A stretch of 64,000 bases of DNA from NCBI GenBank assembly GCA_008690995.1, contig VRMN01000004.1:496001-560000 (forward strand), read 5' to 3'. This document shows positions 10,167 to 20,198 of the stretch, one piece after another. Under the pieces are notes generated by a model. The model saw nothing but the letters and a program-made list of their open reading frames with translations. It was not told the DNA's origin and did not search any database. How positions within the stretch are numbered: the stretch's first letter is position 1; the number at the start of each line of letters is the position of its first letter. Origin of the DNA: Porphyridium purpureum (lineage: Eukaryota). Position numbers and translations under genes: made by a program.

Positions 10167-11295
10167 AGCTGATTGACCAAGCCTACGCGACCTCCACATC
10201 CACCCGTCGCGCGCTCAACGCCTCCACTAACATCTGCTGCTCTTTATATCCACTCGCGCTCACAGCAAGTTGACCTCCCCCCTCCTTCCACCCGACGCCG
10301 TTTCTGTTCGTCCAACAGTACACCCAACGTTCTGTAGAGTACAACTGAGAAGTACAGTTGGGCCTCGCTTTGCTCGCGTCGAAAATAGCGCGATCCGCCG
10401 CGCCGCTGCGCATCGCCAACAAAACGATCGGTCGATCTCCACAGGAATGCCAAAGGTACTTGACGTTTTCCATTTATTATTTCACGCAAAGGCCATGCTC
10501 TGCGCCGCAAAGGTTACGATACAAACACCTCCTGCATCAAAACCAAGCTGCGGGGCGTGCCGACTCTTACCACAGACCCGACCTTCTGATCACAATCACA
10601 GCCAGCCAACACGGCCCGACTGTCTCGATCCACGCTTCGCATCGGTTGCCACTGCGCCGTTAAGCATTTATCCGCTCGCCGTTAACCGTTATGCCGTGTG
10701 TGTCTCCAATGATCTCAAGCCGAGCGATGGTGCGAGTGTGTTAACGGAGGTACAGCGGCCCCTCTATCAGAACGTGACTGTTTTGGTATGCGCTGCGCGA
10801 TGCCGAACGACCGGAGTACAGTGCGGATGATTATGGACCGCCTTTTTTCCCCCCCCCCCCCTTTTTTCATAAGCGCCGTGATTGAGTAAAAAAAAACCCA
10901 ATGCGAGGCAGCGCGTGTGTCAAAAATAGCCAGCCGGCTGAAAGTGGTTTTTTTTTCTTTCTTTTCTCATTTTTTAACGAGGGAGAAGAAGACGAAGAAA
11001 AAGATAGACAGTAAGGAAACAGTGAATAAGGGAATTAGGAGGGGAGGAGGGGGGGAGAGGAAAGAGGGGCGGGGGAGGGGGGGATCTTGTTGTGCAGGTG
11101 AGTTGTGAAGAAGGGGGTGGGGAGGAGGAGGGGTTTCTGCTCGTGCGCGTGAAGGGCAGGGGCCTCGTAGCGCGCGGTACTGGGGACTGTGCATTGGACG
11201 TTGGAAGCCACGGGAACGAGGAACCGCGCGTGACGCGCGCGCGCGCGCACACAGAGACTGGCACGCGGCGCGAGAGCATTCGTCGGCCGGTGCAG

Positions 11296-14200
11296 ATGGA
11301 TGCGGTGACTGGGTCTGTCTCGCCGTCGAGGAGTGGGCTGGATCCTGATGCGCACACGTTTCAGGAGGGTCGGCCGTGCGCCGCCCGAGATGCGCAGCAT
11401 GGTGGCCAAGCGCTGGACGAGCCCAGCTCGAGCGGCCACAGTTTTGGTGACCTGCAGCCCGCGCCAGAGTATGTCAGTGAGCACTCCAGCTCACGCAGCA
11501 TGAGCAAACCAGAATCGAACAGATACAGGGCAGAGATTAAGGGCCCATGGGAAAACAAGTCAAACTCGTCGGGCGACAGCTCTCCTGCGCTTGCCGCCGC
11601 GAAAAGCTGGGGCCAGCCCGCCGGCGCGAACAAGGCTTTTGTACGCACGCGTGGAAGCAAAGATCTCGGCCTCGAGTTGGAGCAAGACGGTGATGATGCG
11701 GGTAGTAGCAGCCGGCGCGCCAGTGGAAGTGTGTCACTGGACACGCTGGTGCACGAGATTGAAAGCGAAATCGTGCGCTCGCAGTCGGGCAGCATGAACT
11801 TGAAGCGGACGGGCTCGGACCCAGCGAAGACGTCATCGGTTCCGCCCGGTTTGCCGAAAATGCCCGTGAATGCCGTGCAAATAGAAAGACTCGTTCCAGC
11901 TGAACGCATGGAATTACGAAACGACGAATCCTGGCTTTTAGGGGCTCCGCTTCTTGCGAACAAGTCCTCGTCTATTGAAGCAAATGTATCGTTTGACTTG
12001 AGAGACGCATCCGGGAACCTGCAAGACCTTTGTGAAGACCTTCGCCAAGACCTTCGCCCGATCCAGGAAAGCCAAAGCGAGTCCCCAAATTCTGAAGATC
12101 GGGAGTTGAAAGCGAGCGGTGCCGAATCTGAGCTGCAGCTGGACGCTCAAGTGACAGCGTCGGTTGAAAGCGTCGATGCAGAAGGATCTCGCCCAGTTGC
12201 GTGGCGCAGTGAGTCGAAGGAGCAGAGTCAAGGAGCGAGTAGCCACATGTATGAGGAAGAGGATGATGATGAAATTCCAGACGAACTGCGCTTTGGCAGT
12301 GACCCTCCAAGCCCGACATCGGGCTCAGATGGCGTGGCTAGCTTTCACATGCATTTTCGCCAGAGTTCATCGAAGAACTCTGCCGTACCGCGTGAAATTC
12401 GGGCACTTGTTTTCGGAACCGATGCTGGCTCAGAGCGCGTCAACACGGCGCCTACCGATGGACCGGAGAGTGAAAGTAGTGGCGGTTCCAACTCGTCCCA
12501 CCATGATGATCTGCGAGCCAAAAGCGCGCCAGTGCCGCAGGAAGGAGGGAATGCCCCCAGTTGGATGAGGCTTGCAGATGAGAGCATCGCACCGCAGAAT
12601 CCAGCGCTTGCACATGATAGGCAGAGCAGTAGCCAAGATACGGATGGCCAGAGATTTTCGCCTGGAATGGCGTCTGGCATGGATGCCGCCTCGGAATCAC
12701 TCTCGGATCCGATGCGTTCGCGTGACTCGGAAGGCGCGATTAAGGTGTCTTCCATGTCAGACGTGCGCACGAAGCCCAAGCGAGGCGCAGAGAACACAAA
12801 CTTGAAGACAGCCGCAGACGCGTTCTTTGGCAAGGAAAAGATTGCTCCCGTGTCGGGGACCGGTCAGAACAAGGTGGAGTCGCCTCGGAGGGAAAAGGGG
12901 AGGAAGATAGTGTTTGATTTAGGGGTCGGCGGTGCAGCTGTTGGAAAGGATAAGGACTTTACTTCGGGTGCCCGCATCTCGGATGCAGGCAGCAGGAGCA
13001 CTCTGGCCAAGGAAAAGTCGTCCAGGAAGGAGAAAGGAACAGGCAATAATCAGAAATCCATGTCCCGATTTGCGCAGTCGGCGCTGCCTGGAGTACCCGC
13101 CGCATCTCCCGACTCTAGCGTGAACACTAGCGTGTTTTCTTCAAATGATACTGTGCTGGAAGATTTTGCGCGGTTTGGCCGCACCATATCTGGCCGCGAG
13201 GCCAAGACATCCGGGTCTGGAACATCCAGTGGTAGCCCGGCAGCAAATACGTCGAGCAGCTTGCAGGGTATATCGTCCACCGCTTCAGGCGGTGGCAGCG
13301 GCGGCGTCACTAATTTCGGATTTGGAAATATTATGCGTGGAAAGACAAAGCGCCACCAGCGGAAAAAATCGCTTGATGAGGCCATGTTGGCACGCGTGGG
13401 TTCGTATTCGAATCCAACGCAGTCGGGAAGCCACTCGCCGGTGTCTGATCTTCCGCGGAAGTCGGTTGAGTCTGGCAGCGGGAGTCAGAAGGACGTAACT
13501 TCCGTGCTCACTTCAAATACCAGGAGTGCTAGCAGGCAGGCGTCGGAGGGCACTGCGACATCTTCTATGCCGTCATCTTCGGGTACCAGCGGTGCTCCAG
13601 TGGCCGCCCGGGCGGCGCCATTTTCAGAATTTGCAATGGGCGTTGGCGGGGAGCTAGCGCAACTCGATCCGATCAAATACGAGTCTTACGTCAAGGGCAA
13701 ATCATTTCTAGAGTGCGTGGTGCGCTGCTTGAGCGGATTTTGTGCGACACGACGCAAGTCTCTGTTTCGGACGATGGATGTTTGCGTTTGGCTGGAGGAA
13801 GATCTGGAGGAATTGCGATGGAAACCACTGCACGGGCCATCACCGACTGGACGTGGCGGAGAAGTGCTTCCATTAGATGCGTGCACACGACTACGAGGGC
13901 AGGGTGTGGATGTCGGGCTTGACTACGGCGGTAAGGGTGCCGAGTCTCTGGATCTAACGTTCCAGTCGAAAGAGGATGGGCGTACACTGTTCTCCGGTCT
14001 GTGCTGTCTTGTACCTGAAGGCGTGCGCATTGGGAGCATGCTTCGCGGTGTGAGTGCTGATGTCTCGCGGTATAACTTATTTCTAGATTCGTACAAAGAC
14101 AAGCCCGTGTGCCACAGGAAGGCTATTGATCGCTACATCATGCTAACCACGCTGGGCCGCGGCTCCTTTGGCAAGGTGAAGCTCGCCATTGACACCACTT

Positions 14201-15165
14201 CTAAGCTTTTCCGCGCGATCAAGGTGATTCCTAAAGTGGTCATCCGCAAGCAGATGCGCGCAATGTCAGGCGGTGGCGCAGCAAAACTAAATATGGGTGG
14301 CGCAGGTGGCTCGCCGCCCGGAGATCTAGCGAACCAATTTGGCAGCGTAGCGGACATGCGCGAAATCGCCATTATGAGCAAGCTGAGCCACAACAATATT
14401 TTGCGACTCTTTGAAGTTTTTGACGACGAGGTGTCGGACAAGTTGTACATTGTGCTAGAGTACATGGCAGGGGGTGTCGTCATGAAGTCGAACCTGCTGG
14501 AAGGAGAGACGCCCCTATCTGAAGATCGGGCACGCGAAGTGTTCATCGATGCGCTTGCTGGGCTGGAGTACCTGCACCAGCGTCAAATTATCCATCGCGA
14601 TATCAAACCAGACAATTTGTTGGCCAAGGCTGACGGAACAGTCAAAATCGCAGATTTTGGTACTGCGAAAGTGATTGGAATCCGGGACGCAGATGGCAAC
14701 GTACTGCAAACAACAAAGACAAACTGCGGCACGCCCGCGTTTACAGCGCCGGAACTTTGTATTTCCGAGAACGCCCCTGACGGTCCTACAGAGACCTACC
14801 CGGCAGATATCTGGTCATTGGGTATCACGTTGTATTATATGCTGTTCGGGCGTGTGCCCTTTGTGGCAAGTAATGTGTTTCGAATGTATGGCGCTGTATG
14901 TAACGACAAGCTCTTATTTCCAGACGCACCCGTTGTATCGCCTGCCGTCAAGGAGCTGCTCAAACGCATCTTGGTCAAGAATCCGTACAAGCGGCCGTCG
15001 TTTGAAGAAATGTGGAGTCATCCATGGACCATAGAAGGTCTGCGTCTCGCGCATGCTGAGCGGCCCACAAACGCCCAGCAGGATATCTTTAAGCTCACCG
15101 AGGAGGATCTGGGCAACGTCGCGCGCTCGATGAAGACGATTTTCCGCAGGGCAGCAAATCAGTAG
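11296..15165 (+). CDS. Ser/Thr kinase, CAMKK/GRIK(SnAK)-like, with long disordered N-terminus and PH-like domain
   Basis: LGRGSFGKVKLA, REIAIMSKLSHNNI, IIHRDIKPDNLL, IADFG, GTPAFTAPE, DIWSLG; first ATG in frame at 11296. Confidence 0.9.
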   Translation: MDAVTGSVSPSRSGLDPDAHTFQEGRPCAARDAQHGGQALDEPSSSGHSFGDLQPAPEYVSEHSSSRSMSKPESNRYRAEIKGPWENKSNSSGDSSPALAAAKSWGQPAGANKAFVRTRGSKDLGLELEQDGDDAGSSSRRASGSVSLDTLVHEIESEIVRSQSGSMNLKRTGSDPAKTSSVPPGLPKMPVNAVQIERLVPAERMELRNDESWLLGAPLLANKSSSIEANVSFDLRDASGNLQDLCEDLRQDLRPIQESQSESPNSEDRELKASGAESELQLDAQVTASVESVDAEGSRPVAWRSESKEQSQGASSHMYEEEDDDEIPDELRFGSDPPSPTSGSDGVASFHMHFRQSSSKNSAVPREIRALVFGTDAGSERVNTAPTDGPESESSGGSNSSHHDDLRAKSAPVPQEGGNAPSWMRLADESIAPQNPALAHDRQSSSQDTDGQRFSPGMASGMDAASESLSDPMRSRDSEGAIKVSSMSDVRTKPKRGAENTNLKTAADAFFGKEKIAPVSGTGQNKVESPRREKGRKIVFDLGVGGAAVGKDKDFTSGARISDAGSRSTLAKEKSSRKEKGTGNNQKSMSRFAQSALPGVPAASPDSSVNTSVFSSNDTVLEDFARFGRTISGREAKTSGSGTSSGSPAANTSSSLQGISSTASGGGSGGVTNFGFGNIMRGKTKRHQRKKSLDEAMLARVGSYSNPTQSGSHSPVSDLPRKSVESGSGSQKDVTSVLTSNTRSASRQASEGTATSSMPSSSGTSGAPVAARAAPFSEFAMGVGGELAQLDPIKYESYVKGKSFLECVVRCLSGFCATRRKSLFRTMDVCVWLEEDLEELRWKPLHGPSPTGRGGEVLPLDACTRLRGQGVDVGLDYGGKGAESLDLTFQSKEDGRTLFSGLCCLVPEGVRIGSMLRGVSADVSRYNLFLDSYKDKPVCHRKAIDRYIMLTTLGRGSFGKVKLAIDTTSKLFRAIKVIPKVVIRKQMRAMSGGGAAKLNMGGAGGSPPGDLANQFGSVADMREIAIMSKLSHNNILRLFEVFDDEVSDKLYIVLEYMAGGVVMKSNLLEGETPLSEDRAREVFIDALAGLEYLHQRQIIHRDIKPDNLLAKADGTVKIADFGTAKVIGIRDADGNVLQTTKTNCGTPAFTAPELCISENAPDGPTETYPADIWSLGITLYYMLFGRVPFVASNVFRMYGAVCNDKLLFPDAPVVSPAVKELLKRILVKNPYKRPSFEEMWSHPWTIEGLRLAHAERPTNAQQDIFKLTEEDLGNVARSMKTIFRRAANQ

Positions 15166-15329
15166 ATGATCTTGTACGGGCGTGAACATGCGAGGCGGGT
15201 TGTATCGTCTCTTAGTCGCCAGGGACAAATAAAAGCACAAGGGAAGCAGCGATTTGTCGTCTTCTTTTTACAAGAACAATGGCTCGGTAGGGTGGGCCAA
15301 GCCGGCTGGTCCGCTTATCAGAGGGCACA

Positions 15330-17549
15330 CTAATCTGAATTGTATTGAGCCCGGCTAATTCCAGTGCCGCCCATATCGGCGGATCCGGTGGAGGGCGCAC
15401 CGTCTACGTCCGAATTCGCACGCTGATTAGCTGTCCACGAGCGCGGCGGATTCCGCGAGCGCGAGCGTGGCACGCGCGGAGGACCGTTGCTTCCGCGCCG
15501 CTGCGCACCACCGCGCCCCCTGGCTGACTTTGTACGAGCGAATTGCGGGCCGCCGTCGTCGTAGTATGCGTCAGGCCTCGGCCTGCGCGTGGTTTCGCGC
15601 ACACCTTCGTTCTGTTCCATAAAACGACGCGACGCTGCGCGCACTGCGTCAGCCTTTTTCTGGCTGCGACCGTACGCAAAGTGTCTGTCGGAGCGCACGG
15701 GCGGAATGTACTCGTCGCAGTGCGGAAAGTCTTGAGCACGCCACACATGCTCGGTCTTCACCTTGTTACGCTGCCGCTCGCGATCCTGAAAGTCCTTCTT
15801 TGGGTTAGTCTTATCCGTCTCCTTGAGAAGCCGCTTTTCGTCGATGAAAGGAATCTTCACCACAGCCTCCCAGGCATTCTTCTTCCCATTGAGGTCAACT
15901 TCAAAGTCGATCGGATAAAAGTCTCCAATGGGCGACGTCGGCTTCATGAGGGCGGCAAACTGCTTCGGCAACAATGGCGCACTGGCTGGCGGCAGCACCG
16001 CGAGCAGCTGCACAACGGGCCGGAAAGGACGGCCTTTCCTAAACTTGATCGTATGCGAGCGCAGGTTCTTCAAGTCAGACGCCAGAGGTGCGTACAAATG
16101 CGGGAAGAACCACGTCCAGCTTTGGCAGCCCTTGTGATAGTACTGCAAAACCCAATGCAGCCCTTCGAGATAATGACGACACAGTTCGTCGACAAACTCG
16201 GCGTCGTCGTGTGAACGGTTCAACTTTGTCTCGTAGTAGAATTGCTTGTATTGCGACGGCGCGAAGCCTGGCTCCTCCTCCTCGAATGCCCGGTTTTCAA
16301 AATGTTGCACCTCTGTCTCCGCAATGCGCTCGAGAAAGTGCTCTAAGCGGTCTGGATGCAGCTGGTGCGCCTTGGTAAGGTAGCCGCGCCACTGAGGCAG
16401 CAGCTCCTTGTAGACGCGAAACAACAGATTGAGTGCCCCTTCACCAATATCCAGATTGGGCAGGTGCGGCACAAAGTCATTCCCGACGAGCATGCACATG
16501 AACACAAAGTCGTCGACGATGCGGTGTGCCTCGTACTTGAACGTGAGCGAGCCGAGCGTGATGGCCCGCATCGCGGCGGTCTCTTCGGTAAGTGGCGGCG
16601 GCGGCTTGGGCTTCGGCAGCATTTTCTTCGATCGGCGAGGCGGTGGGGGTGGAGGGATTGGCTCTGTGAAGCCGCGGCGTGGGTCGACCACGCCAACGCC
16701 GTCATCGTCGCCACCAATTCCGCCGCCACGCCCACTTCGCGGCGCTGGCTGGGGCTTGAACTCGAGGTAGAGCATGTCGCGCAGAAGCGCGATCTCCAGC
16801 AGCTCAAACTCATCCGCATCGTCCGCTGACCCCGTAAGCACGGGATTGACGCGCTTACGGCCCTTCCAGCGCATCTTCTCGCGCAGTAGCGTGAAGTGCG
16901 GCTCGTGCGTGACCAAACCCAACATGATAAGGTCTGCGTCCAGCCCATACATGCAATGCCGCACCGACGGATTCCAGTTCTTGGACTCTCGCCACGTGCG
17001 AATGTGGTCCATGATCTTATGCTCTCCCTCGCCTGGCACATTGGGTCCGGACCAAATCACATCGCAGCCCTGCTGCCACGCCGGGTCGGTGAGGTACTTG
17101 TGCCGGATCCACTTTCGAAACTGCCAACTTAGGTCAGCCATGAACTCGGTGCCCGGTGTGATGCAGTTGGAGTCGAACTGCTGTCCCTCTGGCAGCTCGG
17201 CACCGCGGGCCAGCTGCTCTGCGACGGCGCGCTCCGCGTCCTTGGATGAGCGGAAGCGGCGCGCGCGCTGCTGGTTCATTTTGGCGCGCGGCGCGACGCC
17301 GTCGACGGCGAGGTACATGAGCTTGCGCGGCCTCACGATCTTGTAGAGACGATCGGTGTAATCAAACATGGCCTGAAACATTTGCTCCTGATTCATGACC
17401 ACAATCTCATCATCATTTGGGTGCGTGCACTGATGAATGATGCCATTCATATCAAGGTAGAAATTATCAAACTCATGACTGCTGTCCAGGCGCTGATTGA
17501 TGAGCGGATACCGCTCGGACAACCAGCGATAAAACTTTGGAATTCCCAT
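15330..17549 (-). CDS. 5'-3' exoribonuclease, XRN family
   Basis: MGIPKFYRWLSERYP, FDNFYLDMNGIIH, DGVAPRAKMNQQR, PGEGEHK, GLDADL, GNDFVPHLP. Confidence 0.97.
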   Translation of the reverse strand: MGIPKFYRWLSERYPLINQRLDSSHEFDNFYLDMNGIIHQCTHPNDDEIVVMNQEQMFQAMFDYTDRLYKIVRPRKLMYLAVDGVAPRAKMNQQRARRFRSSKDAERAVAEQLARGAELPEGQQFDSNCITPGTEFMADLSWQFRKWIRHKYLTDPAWQQGCDVIWSGPNVPGEGEHKIMDHIRTWRESKNWNPSVRHCMYGLDADLIMLGLVTHEPHFTLLREKMRWKGRKRVNPVLTGSADDADEFELLEIALLRDMLYLEFKPQPAPRSGRGGGIGGDDDGVGVVDPRRGFTEPIPPPPPPRRSKKMLPKPKPPPPLTEETAAMRAITLGSLTFKYEAHRIVDDFVFMCMLVGNDFVPHLPNLDIGEGALNLLFRVYKELLPQWRGYLTKAHQLHPDRLEHFLERIAETEVQHFENRAFEEEEPGFAPSQYKQFYYETKLNRSHDDAEFVDELCRHYLEGLHWVLQYYHKGCQSWTWFFPHLYAPLASDLKNLRSHTIKFRKGRPFRPVVQLLAVLPPASAPLLPKQFAALMKPTSPIGDFYPIDFEVDLNGKKNAWEAVVKIPFIDEKRLLKETDKTNPKKDFQDRERQRNKVKTEHVWRAQDFPHCDEYIPPVRSDRHFAYGRSQKKADAVRAASRRFMEQNEGVRETTRRPRPDAYYDDGGPQFARTKSARGRGGAQRRGSNGPPRVPRSRSRNPPRSWTANQRANSDVDGAPSTGSADMGGTGISRAQYNSD

Positions 17550-18023
17550 CCTGCTTCACTTGCCCACAGACCGACCGCCCGACCGACCGACACACAGAAA
17601 CGCCGGTCCGTCGCACGCGTCCCTACCGCGTCATGCACGTCGCTTACGCGCACCTCACGTCCCCACGTTTCCGCCGATAACCGCCACCTTCTTCAACCCT
17701 CAACCGCGCGGACCCGAATTGCCACGCGCGCGCGTACCACGTCGCCGCGCGCACCTCACAATCCCCCCTCCGCCACCCCTTCGTTGTGTCTCGCGCTGTT
17801 CCCTCTCTTCTCGCCGTCGCGCACTGCATACCCCCAACGCTCACACAAACCTTCCGCCCCCGCGCTGCGCGTCCGATAGGAGGTACAGTCGCAAGCTTCA
17901 TCGGTAATCTATACTAAAACACACGCCTTTTAATACCCGCGCCCCGGACGCGCCAAACCCTAGAGTCAATGCCCAGCACTGGACACGCGCACGGCCGCGC
18001 TCGCGCAGATACTTCGCCGCAGG

Positions 18024-18086
18024 CCGTTCGGTTACCGGCTAAACGGCTACACGGCTAAACGGGTTAACGGGTTAACGGGTTAACGC
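18024..18086. repeat. cluster of short AACGG/CCGTT repeats (CTAAACGG, TTAACGGG)
   Basis: ccgttcggttaccggctaaacggctacacggctaaacgggttaacgggttaacgggttaacg. Confidence 0.8.
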
Positions 18087-18239
18087 AAACTGAACCGCGT
18101 GTGGAGGGGTCATGCCGAGAGTGGTGGCAGGGGGTCAAGGTGGAGCTTGTGTGCAAGGATTGGGTGACGGCTGGCAAACGTTGGGTATGGAGCATGGGTT
18201 AGATGAAAAGTAAGTTGGGTTTTGGGCTGGCGGATTTCA

Positions 18240-19030
18240 ATGCTGCGACGGGATTCTCAGGTTGCGGCGTGTCATGTTTGCACAGCATTGGAAGTATCCT
18301 TTGAATTTATCGACGCAAGAAGAGCAGTTCGCAAGTACGTTCATGCGCCTGGCTGGTCGACCAGCACAGAAGGGCCACGCGTTGCTCATTGTTGCGACAG
18401 CTAGTAATTTCGTCATACCAAAGTTGCTTGTCACGCACTGCAGGTGTTTTAGCGAGTAGGGTCAAGCGCAGTCCACAAGGGAGCTTATGTGCGCGTCGTG
18501 CGACATGTTTGACTGCTAACGATTCATTGGTGGAGCGTTGTGCGATCTCCCACCGGAACACACATGCAAAGATCTTGCAGCAGCACATGCCAAACTTGTC
18601 CACTCAATTGAGTGTCACCGCATGACCTGCTCCTGCGATGCTCACACCGGGTGACACCTGCGCTCGCCTGAAATGTCGTGAATGGCATGCCCGGCGCGCG
18701 AATCTTCACCAGTTTCAACACTCAGCGCGTCTGCATCAAAATGCGGATGCTTGAATCCTGGCTTTTCTCGACGCGCGCTCAAGAATCTTTTGGTGGTAAC
18801 ATTACTCAATGTTTTGTAAAAGACCTTTTAACGCATTCACGATACACGGCAGATGCTTTCTGTTCAAATTTTTTCAGAACGCGGGACTGATGTTCCCAAT
18901 TGTCCGCACGATTCCAAAAGCTTACACGGTTCCATCCAGTACAAGCGAACTCGCCCTGCAAGCCAATAACAAGGGCGCTGTATTTGACCTGAACACGTCA
19001 TTAAACCGAAACACGCTCGTTGAAGGTGCA
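18240..19030 (+). mobile_element. degenerate hAT transposase remnant
   Basis: ILAFLDARSR at ~18755 (cf. hAT FLDPRFK); FFQNAGLMFPIVRTIPKAYTVPSSTSE at ~18870-18950 (cf. dimerisation domain WW..FP.L..LA...L.IPASS..ER); frameshifted. Confidence 0.55.
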
Positions 19031-19100
19031 AGAAGAGCTTCGCGAATTGGTGTCATGCTGCCCTGGTGCACCAGCATGCGAGCAGGAGTGATCGAGCACC

Positions 19101-19607
19101 TCAGGCAGCGAGTTCGACCAGCGTGTGGTCTTCGCCGGCAAGTTCTTCGTCGATAATCTGGGCAATAATGGCCCAGTCCCCACCGCCCAGGCCTGCACCA
19201 ATTTTGGGGTAACCGATTCGGCGCATTTGGCCACCAAACTGTTCCTTGATGAGCCTGAAAGCGGGGCGAATGCCATTTTCATAGTCCACCAATACTTTGG
19301 CGCCGCTGTAGTTGTTCTGCGTGTACGCGTTCACCACGGTCAGCGTGTGCGTCCTGCTCGGCCCGTCACTTTGTGAGCCTTCAACTAATGGGAGATCGAT
19401 CCGCGCAAATGAAATGGTTCCCAGCTTCCGTTCGTCGGGCTTCACGTCTCGAGTGCGCAAGTCAGCCGCAAAAGCCGCCGGGAACTCAACTTTGATCACG
19501 CGCGCGATGCCACCGCCCATCTTGCAGTGACAGTTGCAGCCATGTACAATCACATCGAACCGTCCGGCCTTGGCTAGCGCAATCAAATCGCCCTGTATGA
19601 TCCTCAT
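19101..19607 (-). CDS. stand-alone macrodomain protein (Appr-1''-p processing, Poa1/TARG1-like clade), bacterial/phage-like
   Basis: GDL..., VIVHGCNC..KMGGGIA..IK..FP, VVNAYTQ, IGYPKIGAGLGGGDW. Confidence 0.9.
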   Translation of the reverse strand: MRIIQGDLIALAKAGRFDVIVHGCNCHCKMGGGIARVIKVEFPAAFAADLRTRDVKPDERKLGTISFARIDLPLVEGSQSDGPSRTHTLTVVNAYTQNNYSGAKVLVDYENGIRPAFRLIKEQFGGQMRRIGYPKIGAGLGGGDWAIIAQIIDEELAGEDHTLVELAA

Positions 19608-20198
19608 GTCTCCTGTTTTCTCAGCTTCTTCCCAGCGTGTTTTGCGGTTTCATACGAACAAAGAGATGTTCGGGGATGCTATAGACAAGAACGACCACCC
19701 GCGGGTCTCGGCCGGTAACTCCGCGATACTTTCTTGCGCGAATAAGTTGGTAATGAGCGTCCAGCTCGGTTCCCAGTGCACAGCGAGAATCCCAACCCTT
19801 GCTGCGTCCTCCGTCACGCTCCCGCAAGGCAGTATACAACTATCACTCCCGCTGCGGCTCCACAATAAATCAAGTGATTAGTTGTCAATACCGTCAACTT
19901 TTTCGCTGCCTCGCTTTGTACTTCGCAAGGTGGACGTTGGTTTTTTTCGCTACTTCTATGCGACCTGCCCTCGGGCATGCGAAGACGCCCTCGTCTTGCC
20001 GGGTACTCCAGAGGCAGAGCTGGCGTATCTCGTCCAGCCGTTGAGCGCTCGAGGTACTGCGACCATCTTCCGCGAGTGTGACTCCCTTTGATTTGTGGAT
20101 TTCCGACAGAATCACGAGACTGTAAAATGCGCAGGCAGCTCATCGTTTTACAAGAAGCAAAAGAGCAAAAAAGGGGGAAAAAATAAAAAATATTGTAC

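Noticed and set aside
11092..11295. N-terminal extensions given by the ORF track (kinase, RPL32, NOP2, BAR-like, CDC16, eIF2B-alpha)
   Set aside because: They begin at GTG/TTG codons; the first in-frame ATG was used for a eukaryote
19620..20190. Short ORFs upstream of the macrodomain gene as a toxin partner (DarT-like)
   Set aside because: No ADP-ribosyltransferase motifs; ORFs are short and lack good starts
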